This document shows positions 27,334 through 40,679 of a stretch of DNA of 64,000 nt, in pieces. Origin of the DNA: Piromyces finnis finn. Lineage: Eukaryota; Fungi; Neocallimastigomycota. The DNA lies in the NCBI GenBank assembly GCA_002104945.1, contig MCFH01000045.1, positions 186,001 through 250,000 of the forward strand, written 5' to 3'. Each line of letters opens with the position of its first letter. Within the stretch, counting starts at the first letter, position 1. The notes beneath the pieces are model-generated. The model had not been told where the DNA came from. It saw only the letters and a program-made list of their open reading frames with translations, and ran no database searches. Position numbers and translations under genes: made by a program.

Positions 27334-27882
27334 ATTGAGAATGTTTTTATTTTTTCCAGAAACCGATGTAGAAATTTCTTTTGAATTCGAAATCTTACTT
27401 TTTTTTGATATATTTGTGTATGTTTCTTCAATAATTTCAATGTCACTATCACTTCCATATGTTTTACTATTTTGTTTAAAATTTGATTTTTCTTTATCTT
27501 TTTTTATGAGATTTTCCATTATCATTCCGGAACTAAATTTTCTTTTTTTATTTGTTCTATTTTCTTTTTTAAAATCAGTAACATTATCATCTTCACTACT
27601 ATCAATTAAATTAATTACCTTATTTGCCTTTTTATTATTGTTGTTGTTGCCATTGCTATTAAAAGAAGAAGATTGGTCAAAAGTAATTTTTTTAACTTTC
27701 TCTTGAATTTTTTTTTTTTTTACTGATTCTTTTTTCAAGTTTATTTTTTGTGGTGATTTTTTAGCCTCAAACCATTTCAACGAAGAACTCCTTAAATTAT
27801 GCTTCAAACTACGACTATTACTACCACCATTACTACTATTGTTCACTTTATTTCTTAAACTATAATTTGTCTGTAGTTTCAT
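24196..27882 (-). CDS. Hypothetical 1228-aa protein, Asn/Lys/Asp/Ser-rich and largely disordered, with a C-terminal helical region; probably nuclear
   Basis: Single 3.7-kb ORF with basic clusters (TNKKRKF, KKNKKKNKKNK). The last ~290 aa are more complex (VFDWIFKYRC, LLLWIETLEIKRR, WKQTKVALEFY). No family recognised. Confidence 0.75.
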
Positions 27883-28858
27883 TTTTTTTTTATTAATCTT
27901 TAAATATACAATGATTAGAATAGGGAAGGGAGAAGGGAAAGAGATAATGTATTTCTATATACTTTTTTTTTCCTCACTATTATTTCGAAAATAATTAAAT
28001 ATCTATAATTTTATTTATTAAAATGTAATATATATATAGGGATGAATGGATAATTCTATATTATTATTATTAATAATGGTTCTTCTTCAATTTTTTTCAA
28101 TTTCAAACTTAATTTAATTAGTTAGAATATAAATTGAAATGCTTAAATTAATTTAAAAAAAATTTAAATTCAATATATATATATATTATTAATCTTTTTA
28201 TATTGTATTGGTCCATTAATAATATTAATTTTATTTTCTTTAGGTATACTTCATTTATTAAATTATTATTTTTCTCAATTAATTGTTAATAGATAGAATT
28301 TTTAAATTTCTCCTTTTTTTTTATTAAATGAATAATATATATGAAACACTTTTAAATTTCCAATTTAAATAATTAAGATTTCAAATCCTTTTATCCTTTT
28401 TAAATACTTCTAATCATCAATTAAAAAAATATATTTATATATATGTTTATATATTAATTTCAAAGTAATTAAAATTAAATTTTTAATTTACTATTTTATT
28501 ATTATTTAATAAAATTTAATTAAATTAAATTAATCCCTTCATTCTAAATTTAAGAACGAAGTATAACCAAAATCAAAATCACTCTATCGTCAACCTTAAC
28601 AATTATATAATTATAGTATTAAAAAACTGCTATATAATAACAAGTATATGTATATATATTTTCCCCTTCAAATAAAATTTTATGAAAAAAAAAAAAATCT
28701 ATATTTTATTAATAAAGGAGATAATTTCTTTTTCCGTTAAAAAAGAAAGTACTTTGTGATTTAGGAAAAAATAAAAAATAAAAAATTTAAAATTATTTTT
28801 TTTTGTTAATCTATGAAAAAATAAACGCTACAATTAATATTTATTTAGTTAAATTTAT

Positions 28859-29890
28859 TTAATTACAATGATAAATTTCTGGGAAACGATCATTAAATAC
28901 ACAAATTCTTTGACGAATATCTTTTAATATATCAAAGGAAAGAGAAGTGAATAAAATTTCATCAAAAGAAGAATGATTTCCAATGGAAGGATTTCCTTCC
29001 ATTTTAATTATTTCTCTGTAAAGAAGAGGATTCGTGCTAGAACTATTGTCCTTTAATATATCATCTAATGGTCCACTACCTTCCACTAAAACCTCGCCCC
29101 ATGGATTAATAACAAGGGAATGTCCACAAAAAGTTAATCCATCCATTTCACCGCAATTATTAACAGCAACAACAAAACATTGATTTTCAATAGCTCTGGT
29201 AATTAATAAATGTTTCCAATGAGATAATCTAGGATATGGCCAAGCAGCTGAAACAAATAATATATCCAAACCACCAACTTGTACTGGAAAAGTTGAAGAA
29301 TTCTCATGATTGGTTTGCTCAAGTAATTTATTTTTTAAATTTATTCCTTCAAGAGCAATGGAACGAATAAATTCTGGGAATCGAATATCATAACAAATTA
29401 CACTAGAAAAAATACATTCAAGTTTATTTTCATTTTCGGTATTATCATCTGATGAGAATGTTGTTGATGTTACTTTATATTGGTTACCTCTGGTAAAAAC
29501 GGTTTGCTCTTTTGAAGGTGAAAATAAATGAACTTTGGCATAGGTACTTAAACATTGACCTTCACTATTAATATTAATATTTAAATTTTGATATATATTC
29601 TTTTGGGTATCATAATTTGCTACAGAACCACCAATAATCATGACTTTATGTTTATTAGCAAGTTCTTTTAAAAATTGCTTTGTTTCAATTCCGTCTTTAT
29701 CACAATATTGATCCACTTTATTTATAGTAAAACCAATATTCCACATTTCAGGTAATACAATAATATCAGGTTTTTGTGGAAGTGACATTACTTTATTTAT
29801 ATATTTTTTAATTTTATTTTTATTAGCTTCATAATTATAGGGTATCACTGAAAGTTGAATAAGACATACATTAACGTTATTTTGTTTCAT
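28859..29890 (-). CDS. Carbon-nitrogen hydrolase (nitrilase superfamily), omega-amidase MtnU/YafV/NIT2-like; intronless
   Basis: Glu-Lys-Cys triad motifs PDIIVLPEMW, YAKVHLF and ICYDIRFPE, plus AWPYPRLSHWKHLLITRAIENQCFVVAVN and GHSLVINPWGEVL. Confidence 0.92.
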   Translation of the reverse strand: MKQNNVNVCLIQLSVIPYNYEANKNKIKKYINKVMSLPQKPDIIVLPEMWNIGFTINKVDQYCDKDGIETKQFLKELANKHKVMIIGGSVANYDTQKNIYQNLNININSEGQCLSTYAKVHLFSPSKEQTVFTRGNQYKVTSTTFSSDDNTENENKLECIFSSVICYDIRFPEFIRSIALEGINLKNKLLEQTNHENSSTFPVQVGGLDILFVSAAWPYPRLSHWKHLLITRAIENQCFVVAVNNCGEMDGLTFCGHSLVINPWGEVLVEGSGPLDDILKDNSSSTNPLLYREIIKMEGNPSIGNHSSFDEILFTSLSFDILKDIRQRICVFNDRFPEIYHCN

Positions 29891-30755
29891 TTTTTTTTTT
29901 TATTTTTTCTTATAAAAATTCAATTAAAAAATAAATAATTTTGAATAAATTGGCTAAATAAAATAAAAAATATATATATAATAGGTTCTATATGAATATT
30001 ATTATTGTTCTATATATATGTTGTTGTTACATTAAATATTGCTTTTTTAAAATATTATTATTGTTGTTACTACTTCCTATTATTTCTTTTTCTATTATAT
30101 ATTATCTGCCTCCAGAAAATCTTTTTTTTTTTTTTTTTTTAATAAAAACATGTAAAGATAAAGAATTCATTTTGTCATTATAAAAAAAAAAAAATTAATA
30201 CCTTGAACGTTTATTGGTTAAACTTTAATTATTATTTAAATTAAATTCTATAATTTGAAATTAAAGGAACAGAAAATAAAAAATATATATTTTTTTTTTT
30301 AACTTTTTATTTTTATTCTTTATTAGAAGTAATGTGTAATAATTTGTTTTGCTTTTTTATTTTTGCTTTTTGTTTTTATTATTTTATATTGATATTTTAA
30401 TTAACTTCCTTTTATTTAACAAGTACTTTTATTATTATTATTTGTTTGTTTGTTTGATGTTTGTTTTAGTATATTATAATTAAAATATTTTTTTATTTAA
30501 TATTTCTTTTTTCTTTTTAAAAAAAAAAAAAAGTTTTAATCTTTAAAATGTATAATAATAATTTTTTTTTTTCTGATATGTAAATAAATATATATATATA
30601 TTTACTAATTTTGGTTAAATTAATTAATGATATTTATTAATTTAATATAAATATATATATAATATAAATTAGCATTGATAGGAAATGTAAAAGAAGAAAA
30701 AGATGAAGAAATAATTAAAAAATAAAAATATTTAAAAATAAAAATTTTAGAAAAC

Positions 30756-33700
30756 TTATTTTAATTTTCCATTACGGTGATAGCCAAATGGGGATATACA
30801 ATTATTATTATTATTAATACGTCTTTCTAATTCTTTTATTCTTTTAGCTAATGTTGCATTTTCTGCTAAAAGACCAAGAACAAGTGATTCGTGTTCATTA
30901 CATTTTTCACATTGACAAGCACTACCATCATCAAAATAGGAATTTGAATGATAAGTGTTATAGACTTCTTCCTCTGAGATAGAATTATTATTAACGGTAT
31001 TATAGACTTTATTGGATCTATGTACGGAAGAAAGTGAGGAAGATGATGGCTTATTTTCCGAGGATGAAGAAGATGACGAATAATCTTGGTTATAAGATAA
31101 TCGATTAGGATTAGGAAGAGAAGAACGACGATTATTATTTATTTTTATGAATTTTTGTCCTGAAAGTAATTGTTCATGTTGGTATATTAAACCTTCGTGT
31201 TGACTTGTTGAAGGTGGTGAAGTTAAATAGTAACTATCATGATCAATACCCTTCAACTTATTAAGATAATACTCATTGGAATGCGTTGGTGAATAGGAGT
31301 TTCTTCTTCTTCCTAAATTATTATATGAATTCAAATTTGCGTGAGAATGAGCTTTGTAACTTGGATTTTTATCAGGCATGAATAAAACATAGTTAGTTGC
31401 AGATAAATGATTATTAGAATTCTCTCGATGATTCGTTAATGGAGGCGATAACAATGGATCATTCATGCTAGTACCTAATTTATACCCTTTATTTTCAATG
31501 TAAGAAAGGGATTGTTGACTTTGGTTTTTTATTCTACCATCATTTACAATGGATGATGAAGTAGAACGGATTTTTGAGGGCTGAGGAGTAATATCGTCAA
31601 AATCTTCTTCATGATCAATACTTGCCTCAACTCCATTAATTAAAAACTGTAATTTGTGCTCATCAGAAACTGTAACGACTTCAGAACTTGACGTTTTATC
31701 ACCCGAAGAAGAAAAAGAAAGGGAATTATCTAATGATTTCGATGAATTTTTAACTTGATTAGTATTACCGTCAGAGAATGAATTTAATTCTTTTCCGTTA
31801 TATTCCTGAGGATTAGATCTTAAATTCATTTTATCACGCTTTTTAGATAGTATTTCTAATACAGGGTTGATAACATCATTCAACGAACTTTCTTGGTAAT
31901 TATTGATAAGCTGTAGTTGATGTAATTTATTAATTAATAAATCAATTTTTTCATTTTCATCTTCTCTATTCTTTTCCTCCTCTCCTTCCTTAATCCTTTC
32001 ATTATTTTTTTCATTTCCATTATGTATGGATCTAAAGTCAGAAATAACTCCTTCATCCATTTCCGGAGAACCGGTCAACCCAATATTATTAATTGTTTGA
32101 TCCTCAATGTAATTTGACGTTACAAAACTTTCTTCACTTTGACTATCTATCTCTCGAATAGTTGTTGCTGAAGATGTGGAATGGAATACAGGATTATAGA
32201 GATTATAACGCTTGGGTAAATAGAGACTATTAATACTAGAAATTCTTGCAGGTTGATTAGTTAAAAGTTGGTTTAAGGTTTGTAATATTTCTGTTGCTGT
32301 AGGTCTTTGATAAGGATCAACATTAGCCATACTTAATAAAAGGTTACATTCCTCGGGCCATCTCTTTTTAAGAAAATCTGGAATTTCACCTTTTCTTAAA
32401 TTGACCAGGTGGGCCATACGATCAAAAGAGGTACAAAATGGGAAGAAAAGTTCTAACATAATAACACTTAAAGAATAAATATCAGTAGCAAATGAATAGG
32501 GTTTGCGTGAGAGTTGTTCTGGTGAAGCATAGAGTAATGTACCTACACCAAGCGTTAAATCACTTTCACCTCCACTTTTCATGGTTTTCATACTACAATT
32601 ATTATTATCATTAGTTATTTCTTCTTTCATCAGCATTTTTAAATGATGAACATGATCTTCATTATCTGCTTTATCTGCAATAGCTAAATCATTAATATCA
32701 CAGTCGGAATTACCTTTTACATATCTTTTTGCTAAACCGAAATCACCAATCATCACACGATCATCATTCATAAAAATATTTGCTGGCTTTATATCACGAT
32801 GAATAAAACCGGATTTATGAATATGTTCGAGACCAGTAGTAATTTGTGAAAGTATAGTTAAATTCTTTTTTCGATTGATATAGTCAAGGAACCAATGCTT
32901 GGAATGCTTGACATGGACATCTTCTTCATTATTTAAGAATGGAGCATGTTTCCATATTTTTGCATTTCTTTCACGAATCCATTTTCTTAAATTATTAGGT
33001 GATGAATATTCCATTTGAATGTAAAGCATAGTATTGGCTGGAATTTGATAAATCGTATTTTTTGCTAAATCACAATCGTCAACGATAGTAGAAACACTAC
33101 TACCCGTTGAAAATTCATCGTCATAGTTTCCATTTGAATTTGTATTATTAAATTCAATATTATTACTATTATTATTATACTCTTCATGATGATGTTCGTC
33201 ATCTTTTACATTATTTTGGGAGGTATTTGAGAAATATTCTTCTTCATTGATAGTATTTTGTGTCTTTAACATTTGTTCCTTATGATCCTCTATTGAAAAT
33301 TGATTGTCTAACAACATTGTTTTAATAGAGTTATTACTATAAGTGGAATTATACGAATTACATGTCTCATTATCACTTTGGTGAAATTTATTTTCATTTT
33401 TATTAGGAATAGTTATGCCAACGCAATTATACGTTGGGCAATTTTCAAAGGATTCGAACGTGTCGCGCGTTACAATTGGGAGTTTGTCATTTTCACGGGA
33501 AGAGCAACTTTCTTCTTCATGTTCTGTTAAGAATATATCATCATTCTTTTCAGAAAATTGTGTTACTATTTCTTCTTTATCATCCAATCCATAGTTATCA
33601 AAGGTTTGGGAATCCGAATTTTGACCTGCTATACTATCATCTGTAGTATTCGTAGTAGTCAATTCAATTTCAGAATAATTATTAAGGTTAGTTTGAGAAG

Positions 33701-35933
33701 AAGAAAGCATATTGATTTCTTCGTTGGAAGTGTTAATGACTGGAAGTTCCATAAGGGTTAATGAAGATTCATCGTCATCACTAAGAGTGCTAGAAGAATC
33801 GCTTGGGTGATGCTCATAGTAGGATTCACTGGTATAATGAGAACCAGATTGATCATTTCTGGATAAAGAATCCATTATATTATTATAGCAATGGGAGTCG
33901 TGAGTACTATTATAACTTTGACCTTCAATAGTGTCATTCAAAAAACTATGTTGATTATCACAATTTTTATAAAAGTTTCTTACATTGATATTATAATGGT
34001 TGATATTATCTAAATTTCCATTTTTACTTTTACTATCACTTGATGGTTTTTCTCCGGAACACAATGGTATAGAATGTGATGAAATACTTTTATTTTCTGA
34101 ATTAATATTTTTAGGATGAGATATGGATGAGTTTGTAGATTGATTTGCATCAAACGAAGAATAAACTTCAAAAGAAGAAGGAGTAGAATTCAAAATTTCC
34201 CTTTCTTTTGAATTTTGATTATATGAACTTTGAGTTGAAAGTTGTTGTAATGGAGAGCAATTATTGTTACTATCTTCAATAAAAGATTTAGGAAGGGAGG
34301 TAATCATTCTAAGATCAGAAGGACCATTACCAAAAATGTCAAAATCTTCATCCTCCTTTTCAAAACAATTATTCGTATTTGAAGAGTTTGAAGTGGTATA
34401 ATTATTATGGCTTTGGTTTTGATTCTGATTAAGATAGTTTTTATTAGTTTTTGAATAGATAACATTGGAAGATGAATCATTAGGATTATTTTCAATAGAA
34501 TCATATATACTATAATTTTCATTAGGCATTCCTGGTTCATTTGCAGAAGCTATTGGAGTATTGGGATGAACATGATCAAATGGTGAAATAATATTTTCCT
34601 GTGATGGTTGAGCGGAATTTACTTTAGAATCTGTTACTTTTTGTAAATCATCGTTAAGAAGAACAGGTTCTACCCAAGAAGCATAGTAACGAACTACATT
34701 TGGATGACTTTTAAATTTTGCAAAATTTTTGACTTCACGAATAACTCTTAAATCATCTAATGTTAGTGATGTTTTCATTTGTTCAACTATTTTTTCATCT
34801 TTATTTTCATGATAATCGTCCTCTTCCTGATCATACAATTGATATTTTGAACAATTAGCTGAACTACAACCATATTCATCTTTATTATATCTTTCTTCAT
34901 CTGAATTCATCATATTCATACATTCAATATAATCCTGTGGATGACATTGTAAAGGTATTTTTTTAATTGCATAAACTTGTTCATCTAATTTATTCTTTGC
35001 TAAATATACTGATCCAAAACCACCTTTTCCTATACATTTTATTTCTATTAGTTTTTGTTTGTTTTCAATTGAAATGAATTATAATTATTATAAAATATGA
35101 AGCATTATTTAAAAATGAAATATGTTTTCAATTCAATTTATAAAGTTTAAGTGTGTATTTTTTTTATAATAAATGATATTAATTATAAAAAATTATTATA
35201 TAGATAAAGGATTATTATATATGTAATATATATAAGGTTAATTTATATAATTTATAATTGTTTATTATTAAAATTACTAAATAATATAGAATTGAATAAC
35301 AAACCTTTAAACTCAGTATAATAACGCGATTTTGTCCATTCAATTTCTGTTAATTGTCTAGTGATATCACGAACACTAACAATATAATAAGCTGTATTGT
35401 CTACGTTATTAGTACTTGTACTTCTATCATCCTTATCAATTAAACATGCAATTGATATATCAATATCAATTTTGTTAATTTTTGTATCGTTATTGCTATG
35501 TGACAACTTCCTTAAACCAGAGGTTATTATTGATTTCTCATAATGATTTGATCTTAACTCTTTATATAATAAAATATTTTTTATGAAAAAAAAAAATAGA
35601 CATGGAATAATAAAAAAAAAATAAATATAAGTTTTTTTCTTCATTATAAAATATAATTTATTATAGGTATAAAATAACTTATTATTAAAAGCATTTACCT
35701 TCATTATCCAAATTTAAATATGGTATCAATTTTGAAATATTAATATTTCCTATTAACTCTTCTCTTGAGTATTCAAAAAGTTCTTCAGCATAAGAATTTA
35801 CCTCTAGAATTGTTCCATATTCATCCAATATGAGCATTGGATCCGTAAGACTCTCTAAAATAGTCTTTGCATTATTTAAATACCAATAATTTTTTATTGA
35901 TAAGTTTGGTGTTTCTATTCTTTGTACTTGCAT
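30756..35933 (-). CDS. eIF2-alpha kinase (HRI/PERK-like) with an N-terminal PAS/PAC domain; 3 exons (35699-35933, 35305-35559, 30756-35044), about 1592 aa
   Basis: Exons join in frame through GT-AG introns (both phase 1). PAS: KTILESLTDPMLILDEYGTILEVNSYAEELFEYSREELIG; PAC: YYIVSVRDIT. Kinase: [88 protein letters not shown] and DIYSLSVIMLEL. Confidence 0.88.
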
Positions 35934-38900
35934 TTTAAAAAAAAAATTAAGGTATATAATGTAATTGTTTTTCCTATTTCAAAACTGTTGTTATTACACC
36001 AGGAAATATATTATTTAATTGGAATAGTAAAGTATATAGTTTATTTTCTTTTTTAATAAAATAGAAATTTGAGAGATTTTCTATAATATATACTTTTAAT
36101 GTGTTCTAAATAATGAACTCACTTTTTTTTTTCCGTTTAAAAAAAATAACAATAATTCAAATATTTTTCTTTTAGAAAAGGGGAATGACTTTTTATTATT
36201 GATATTAACTTTTGAATACTATGGTATTAAATTAAAAAAAAATAATTATAATAATATATAATTTTGGTTTTTAATTAAAAAATATTAACTTGGTCACTTT
36301 TTTTTCTAAATATATTCAAGTATTTTGTTTGTTGCAAAGTTTGTTTTTTTTTTTTATAAAAAAAGCTTTCAAACAAAATTAGGTTTTAAAATCTCGCTTT
36401 TATATTATTAAGTGTTATTGTCCTTCAAGGATAGATTATTTTGGTAAAAAAAAAATAATATTTGAAAATTGAATTAGGGATTCAACGTCTATAATATACT
36501 TTTTGAATTCTTTTTGAAATTTAATTTATATATTTTTTATCTTGTTTTATTTAATACTTTGTTATTAAAAGGAAGATGCTTATTATATATAAATAATTAA
36601 ATTATATAGCGAAAAAATATAAATATATATATATATATTTAGCTTTTTTTTTTTTTACAATAATTGAAATTAAATTAATTTATAATGAAACTGTATACAA
36701 ATTATAAAATATTATAAAATATATGAAATGATATAAATATATTTAAAACATTATTTTAAAAGATAATAATAAATAAAAAAAAAAAAAGATTAATTACAAA
36801 TAAAAAAAGAGGTGTGATTTTTTTTTTTTGCTCTCTTTTTTAGATTTCTTATTTTGTATAATAAATAATCATAATCAGTTTGAGATTTCCAATTATGATT
36901 TGTTTCGTTTTTTTTTTATACTTTACTATTGTTATTTGTTGGTTAAAATTACTATTAATACTATTGTTATTGTTATTAATATATTTTTCTATTTGATCCT
37001 TTATTTTTCTTCTCTGTTTCAATTTTTTATTATATTTAAAAATGAAAAAAATAAAAGTTATATTTTTTTAAGATTTCTATTTTTCTTACAATTGTTTTAA
37101 TAGAAATATTTATTTGATTTGTTATTTTGATATCAAATAGAAAGATAATAAAATCAATAAAATAAAATTATATAATAATAATATTTTGGTAAAAATTAAA
37201 ACTGTATTTTTTTTTCTAAATAATACAGAAAAAAAATATGTCGTTAAAACATTGTTTTATATTGAATTTTTATTAATAATTATTTAAGAGGTCGTAATAT
37301 TATTTTAATATTATATATTTATATATTATTATTGTTATTTTTTTTTTTTTTTTTACAATATATGTTTGAATTTTCACTATTGATAATCAATTTAAATTTT
37401 TGATGTTTGAATCTTGAAAAAGTAGTAACAAAACTAGAATGATTAAAATAAAAAGTTAAGATTCTGACAAATTTGAATACTTTATATAAATATATTTACT
37501 AAAGTATTGTTTTTTTCTATTTTATTAATATTATAATATTTTCCCTTTTATATTATCAATAATGAGATTTAATTGAATACCGAAATGAGTTTATGAAATG
37601 AACCATAAAATATATATTTATAAATTTAATATAAAAAAAAAAAAAAAACAATATAAATAGAAATTTTTTTATCAATATTATTATTATTATTATTTAATTA
37701 TTACTTAAAATTAAAATTTATTTAATTATTAAAAATTTTAATAAAAATGATATCATTAAAAAAAAATTTATAATAAAATAATAAAACTTAAATTAATAAT
37801 AAATGAATAGAATATAAACAATATTAACAACAAATAAAATAAAAAATGATAAAATATAAAATATATAAAAATATATATATATATAATCTATAAAGATTTA
37901 TCATAGTTAATAGGATAAAGAGAATACTAATAAAGAATAGTTTAATCCATTATTATAAAGCGAATACTAAAAGGTCAATAATAATAAAGGATTTTAAAAT
38001 ATTCTTTATTAATAAATTTGATAAAATTACTCTAGATAATTAATTCCTAACCCTAAAGCCTAATTCTTTTCCTATATTTATTTAAATATTAATTGTTTTA
38101 TTCATTGACTTTTAACATTTAAAATAATATATTATTACAATACATTGAGAGTATAATCGAATATATAGTTTATTCTGTTTATATTCTAAATTTGAAATCC
38201 ATCCTATATTTATATATTATATATTTATTATTTATAATAAATTAATATATTTAAAATACATTTCTATATATAATTAAAGTATATTATTAATTGTTAAATT
38301 AATAAATTTTAATTAAATTAATAATTCTTACATTATTTTAATTTATTCACCATTTTTTACTATTATAGAATAGAATCTCATAAAAGTAAATGGATATATT
38401 AATTAATAATTAAATAAATATTCAATAAAAAACCAGGGATTTTATACTAAATAAAAGACATATCAAAGAATTAAAGTGTTCAAATGTAATATAGAAAGAA
38501 TGATCATCATTATAAATATAATTTGCCTAAGATAAGTCTTTTTTTCTACTCTACTATTAAATGATAATTATGGTTTTTTTAAAAAAAAAAAAAGAAAACT
38601 CTTATAGTAATATTTTAATTAAATTGTCAACCAAAAAATAAATTAAATAATATATATTGGAATATATTATTAAATATTATTAAATATATTACAATTTAAT
38701 ACAAAAAAACCTTTTTTTAGTTTATCATTGACTGCTATTTAAATATATTATAATATATTATAATATATTTTGTTGTAATTCTCAATTAATTCAAATATAT
38801 ATTAATATAAAAAAGAAATCTTTCAATAGTAAAAGTTTAAATAAATGAATATATAAATTGCATTTTAATAAATTAACTATAAATATCAATAGATAAATAA

Positions 38901-39777
38901 ATTATAAAGTAAATAAATTAATATATATTTTTTTTTGGTAACCAAATTTATTGGGTGAAAAAGAAAAATTGTTGAATTTAAAATTACCATAAAAAATAAA
39001 CATGTTGCTTACTACATTTATAGTAATTTTGTTTTTTTTTTTTTTAAAAGATGCTTTGGTATAGAATACGCATGATGACAATTATGGCAATGCAATCAAT
39101 GCAATCCTAACATTAAATCTAAAAGATTAGACATTAGAAGGATAGCGTGTTAAACTAAAAGAGTATCTAATCCTAAACTACAAGTAGGAAATAGTCAGAG
39201 TAATAGAATTTACATTATCTTTTTTATGATACCTTTCACTATTATTATTCATAGGACGACTTTTATTGTTAACCTAAAATAACTAATTCCATCAACTTTA
39301 AACTTTTTATTCTTAATTTTTTATAAACAAGAATAGTTAAAAAAATTAATTTTTTTTCAATCTTAAACTTTTTAAAAAAGCTTAAAATATTCATAATGTT
39401 TATAAAATATACTTTACCATTAGACAGTCAATGTTTAATAATGATAATAGTATGTAATAGTATGTTTTAAATAGGTTACTATAATTTCAATGTCTATTAT
39501 TTTCAAAAAAAATAAAATAATAAAAAATTATTTATTATAATGTAATGTCAACCTAATTAACTTTGATATGAAAAACTTTGTATATAGTAAATAGTTTTAT
39601 CGCCGTATCAATAAAGTATTTTTAAACAAAGTTAATTGTAAACCATTTAACAAAAAAATATCAAGGCAAATAAAAGATTTAAATGTTTTGTATTAATAAA
39701 AAAAATAATAAAAAAATCAATAAAAGGATAGAAATTATGAATAACGTAAATTATATTTTCTTATTACTTATTTAAAC

Positions 39778-39808
<31 letters not shown>

Positions 39809-40679
39809 TAAATTTTAATTTTTTGCTATTGTAGAATATGTTTAGTCAAACCTTTTAGATCTAATGTTGATTAATATCCTAAGATATGATTTTTAAAGTT
39901 TCTAATAATTGACAAAGAATTTACTTTTTCCTTGTCTATTTTTTTTCCAAAAAAATACTATTAATTGTTGAACTAGTATAATATAAAAGGTTTTTTACAA
40001 ATTAACCTTTTTTTTTTAAAAACAAACAAATATTATTATCTATTACTATTATTACTATTATAAATAGAAGTATATATAATTTATATTTATATCTATAATA
40101 GTATATTTCTAGATTTATAAGCCTTTATGGATTATTACAATTTTACTTTTGACTTTGATACCAATTAATCATATAAAATAGTTTTATTAATCAATATTTT
40201 TCAATATTCAACATATAAATTGGATAACAGTTAGTCTTTTTTTTTTTTTTATTTTTATTAACTTTTTATTTGTATTAATAAATAAATAGTAAAAAATATA
40301 CATTTTTATTTAAATATGAAAAATATATATATATAAAGATATATTAGAATATAAGAATAAATTTATAAATATTAAAATAAAATAATTTAAAATATTTAGA
40401 TTATGATAATATTTGCCTTCTTTTTTTTTAATAAAGAAAAATAGTCAAGAATATATTCATCTTTTAAATATTATAAATAAAAATATTTTCATATTTTTAA
40501 AATAAAATGGAATATATATTACTTGATAGTGTAATATGTTTTTTATAATTTTTAAATATAGAGTTGTTGAAAGGTATAAATCCAAACTTTATTAAAAATT
40601 AATGGATTTATATCATCATGGATAACTTTATAATTTTTTTTTTTTTGGAATTTTCTTTATTTAAATAGGATAGAGGTAT

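Noticed and set aside
24998-27706. Several + strand hydrophobic ORFs (Leu/Phe/Ser-rich, poly-Cys, poly-Val)
   Set aside because: Antisense of the Lys/Asn/Glu-rich 1228-aa ORF and its (ACA)n repeat. They are not membrane proteins.
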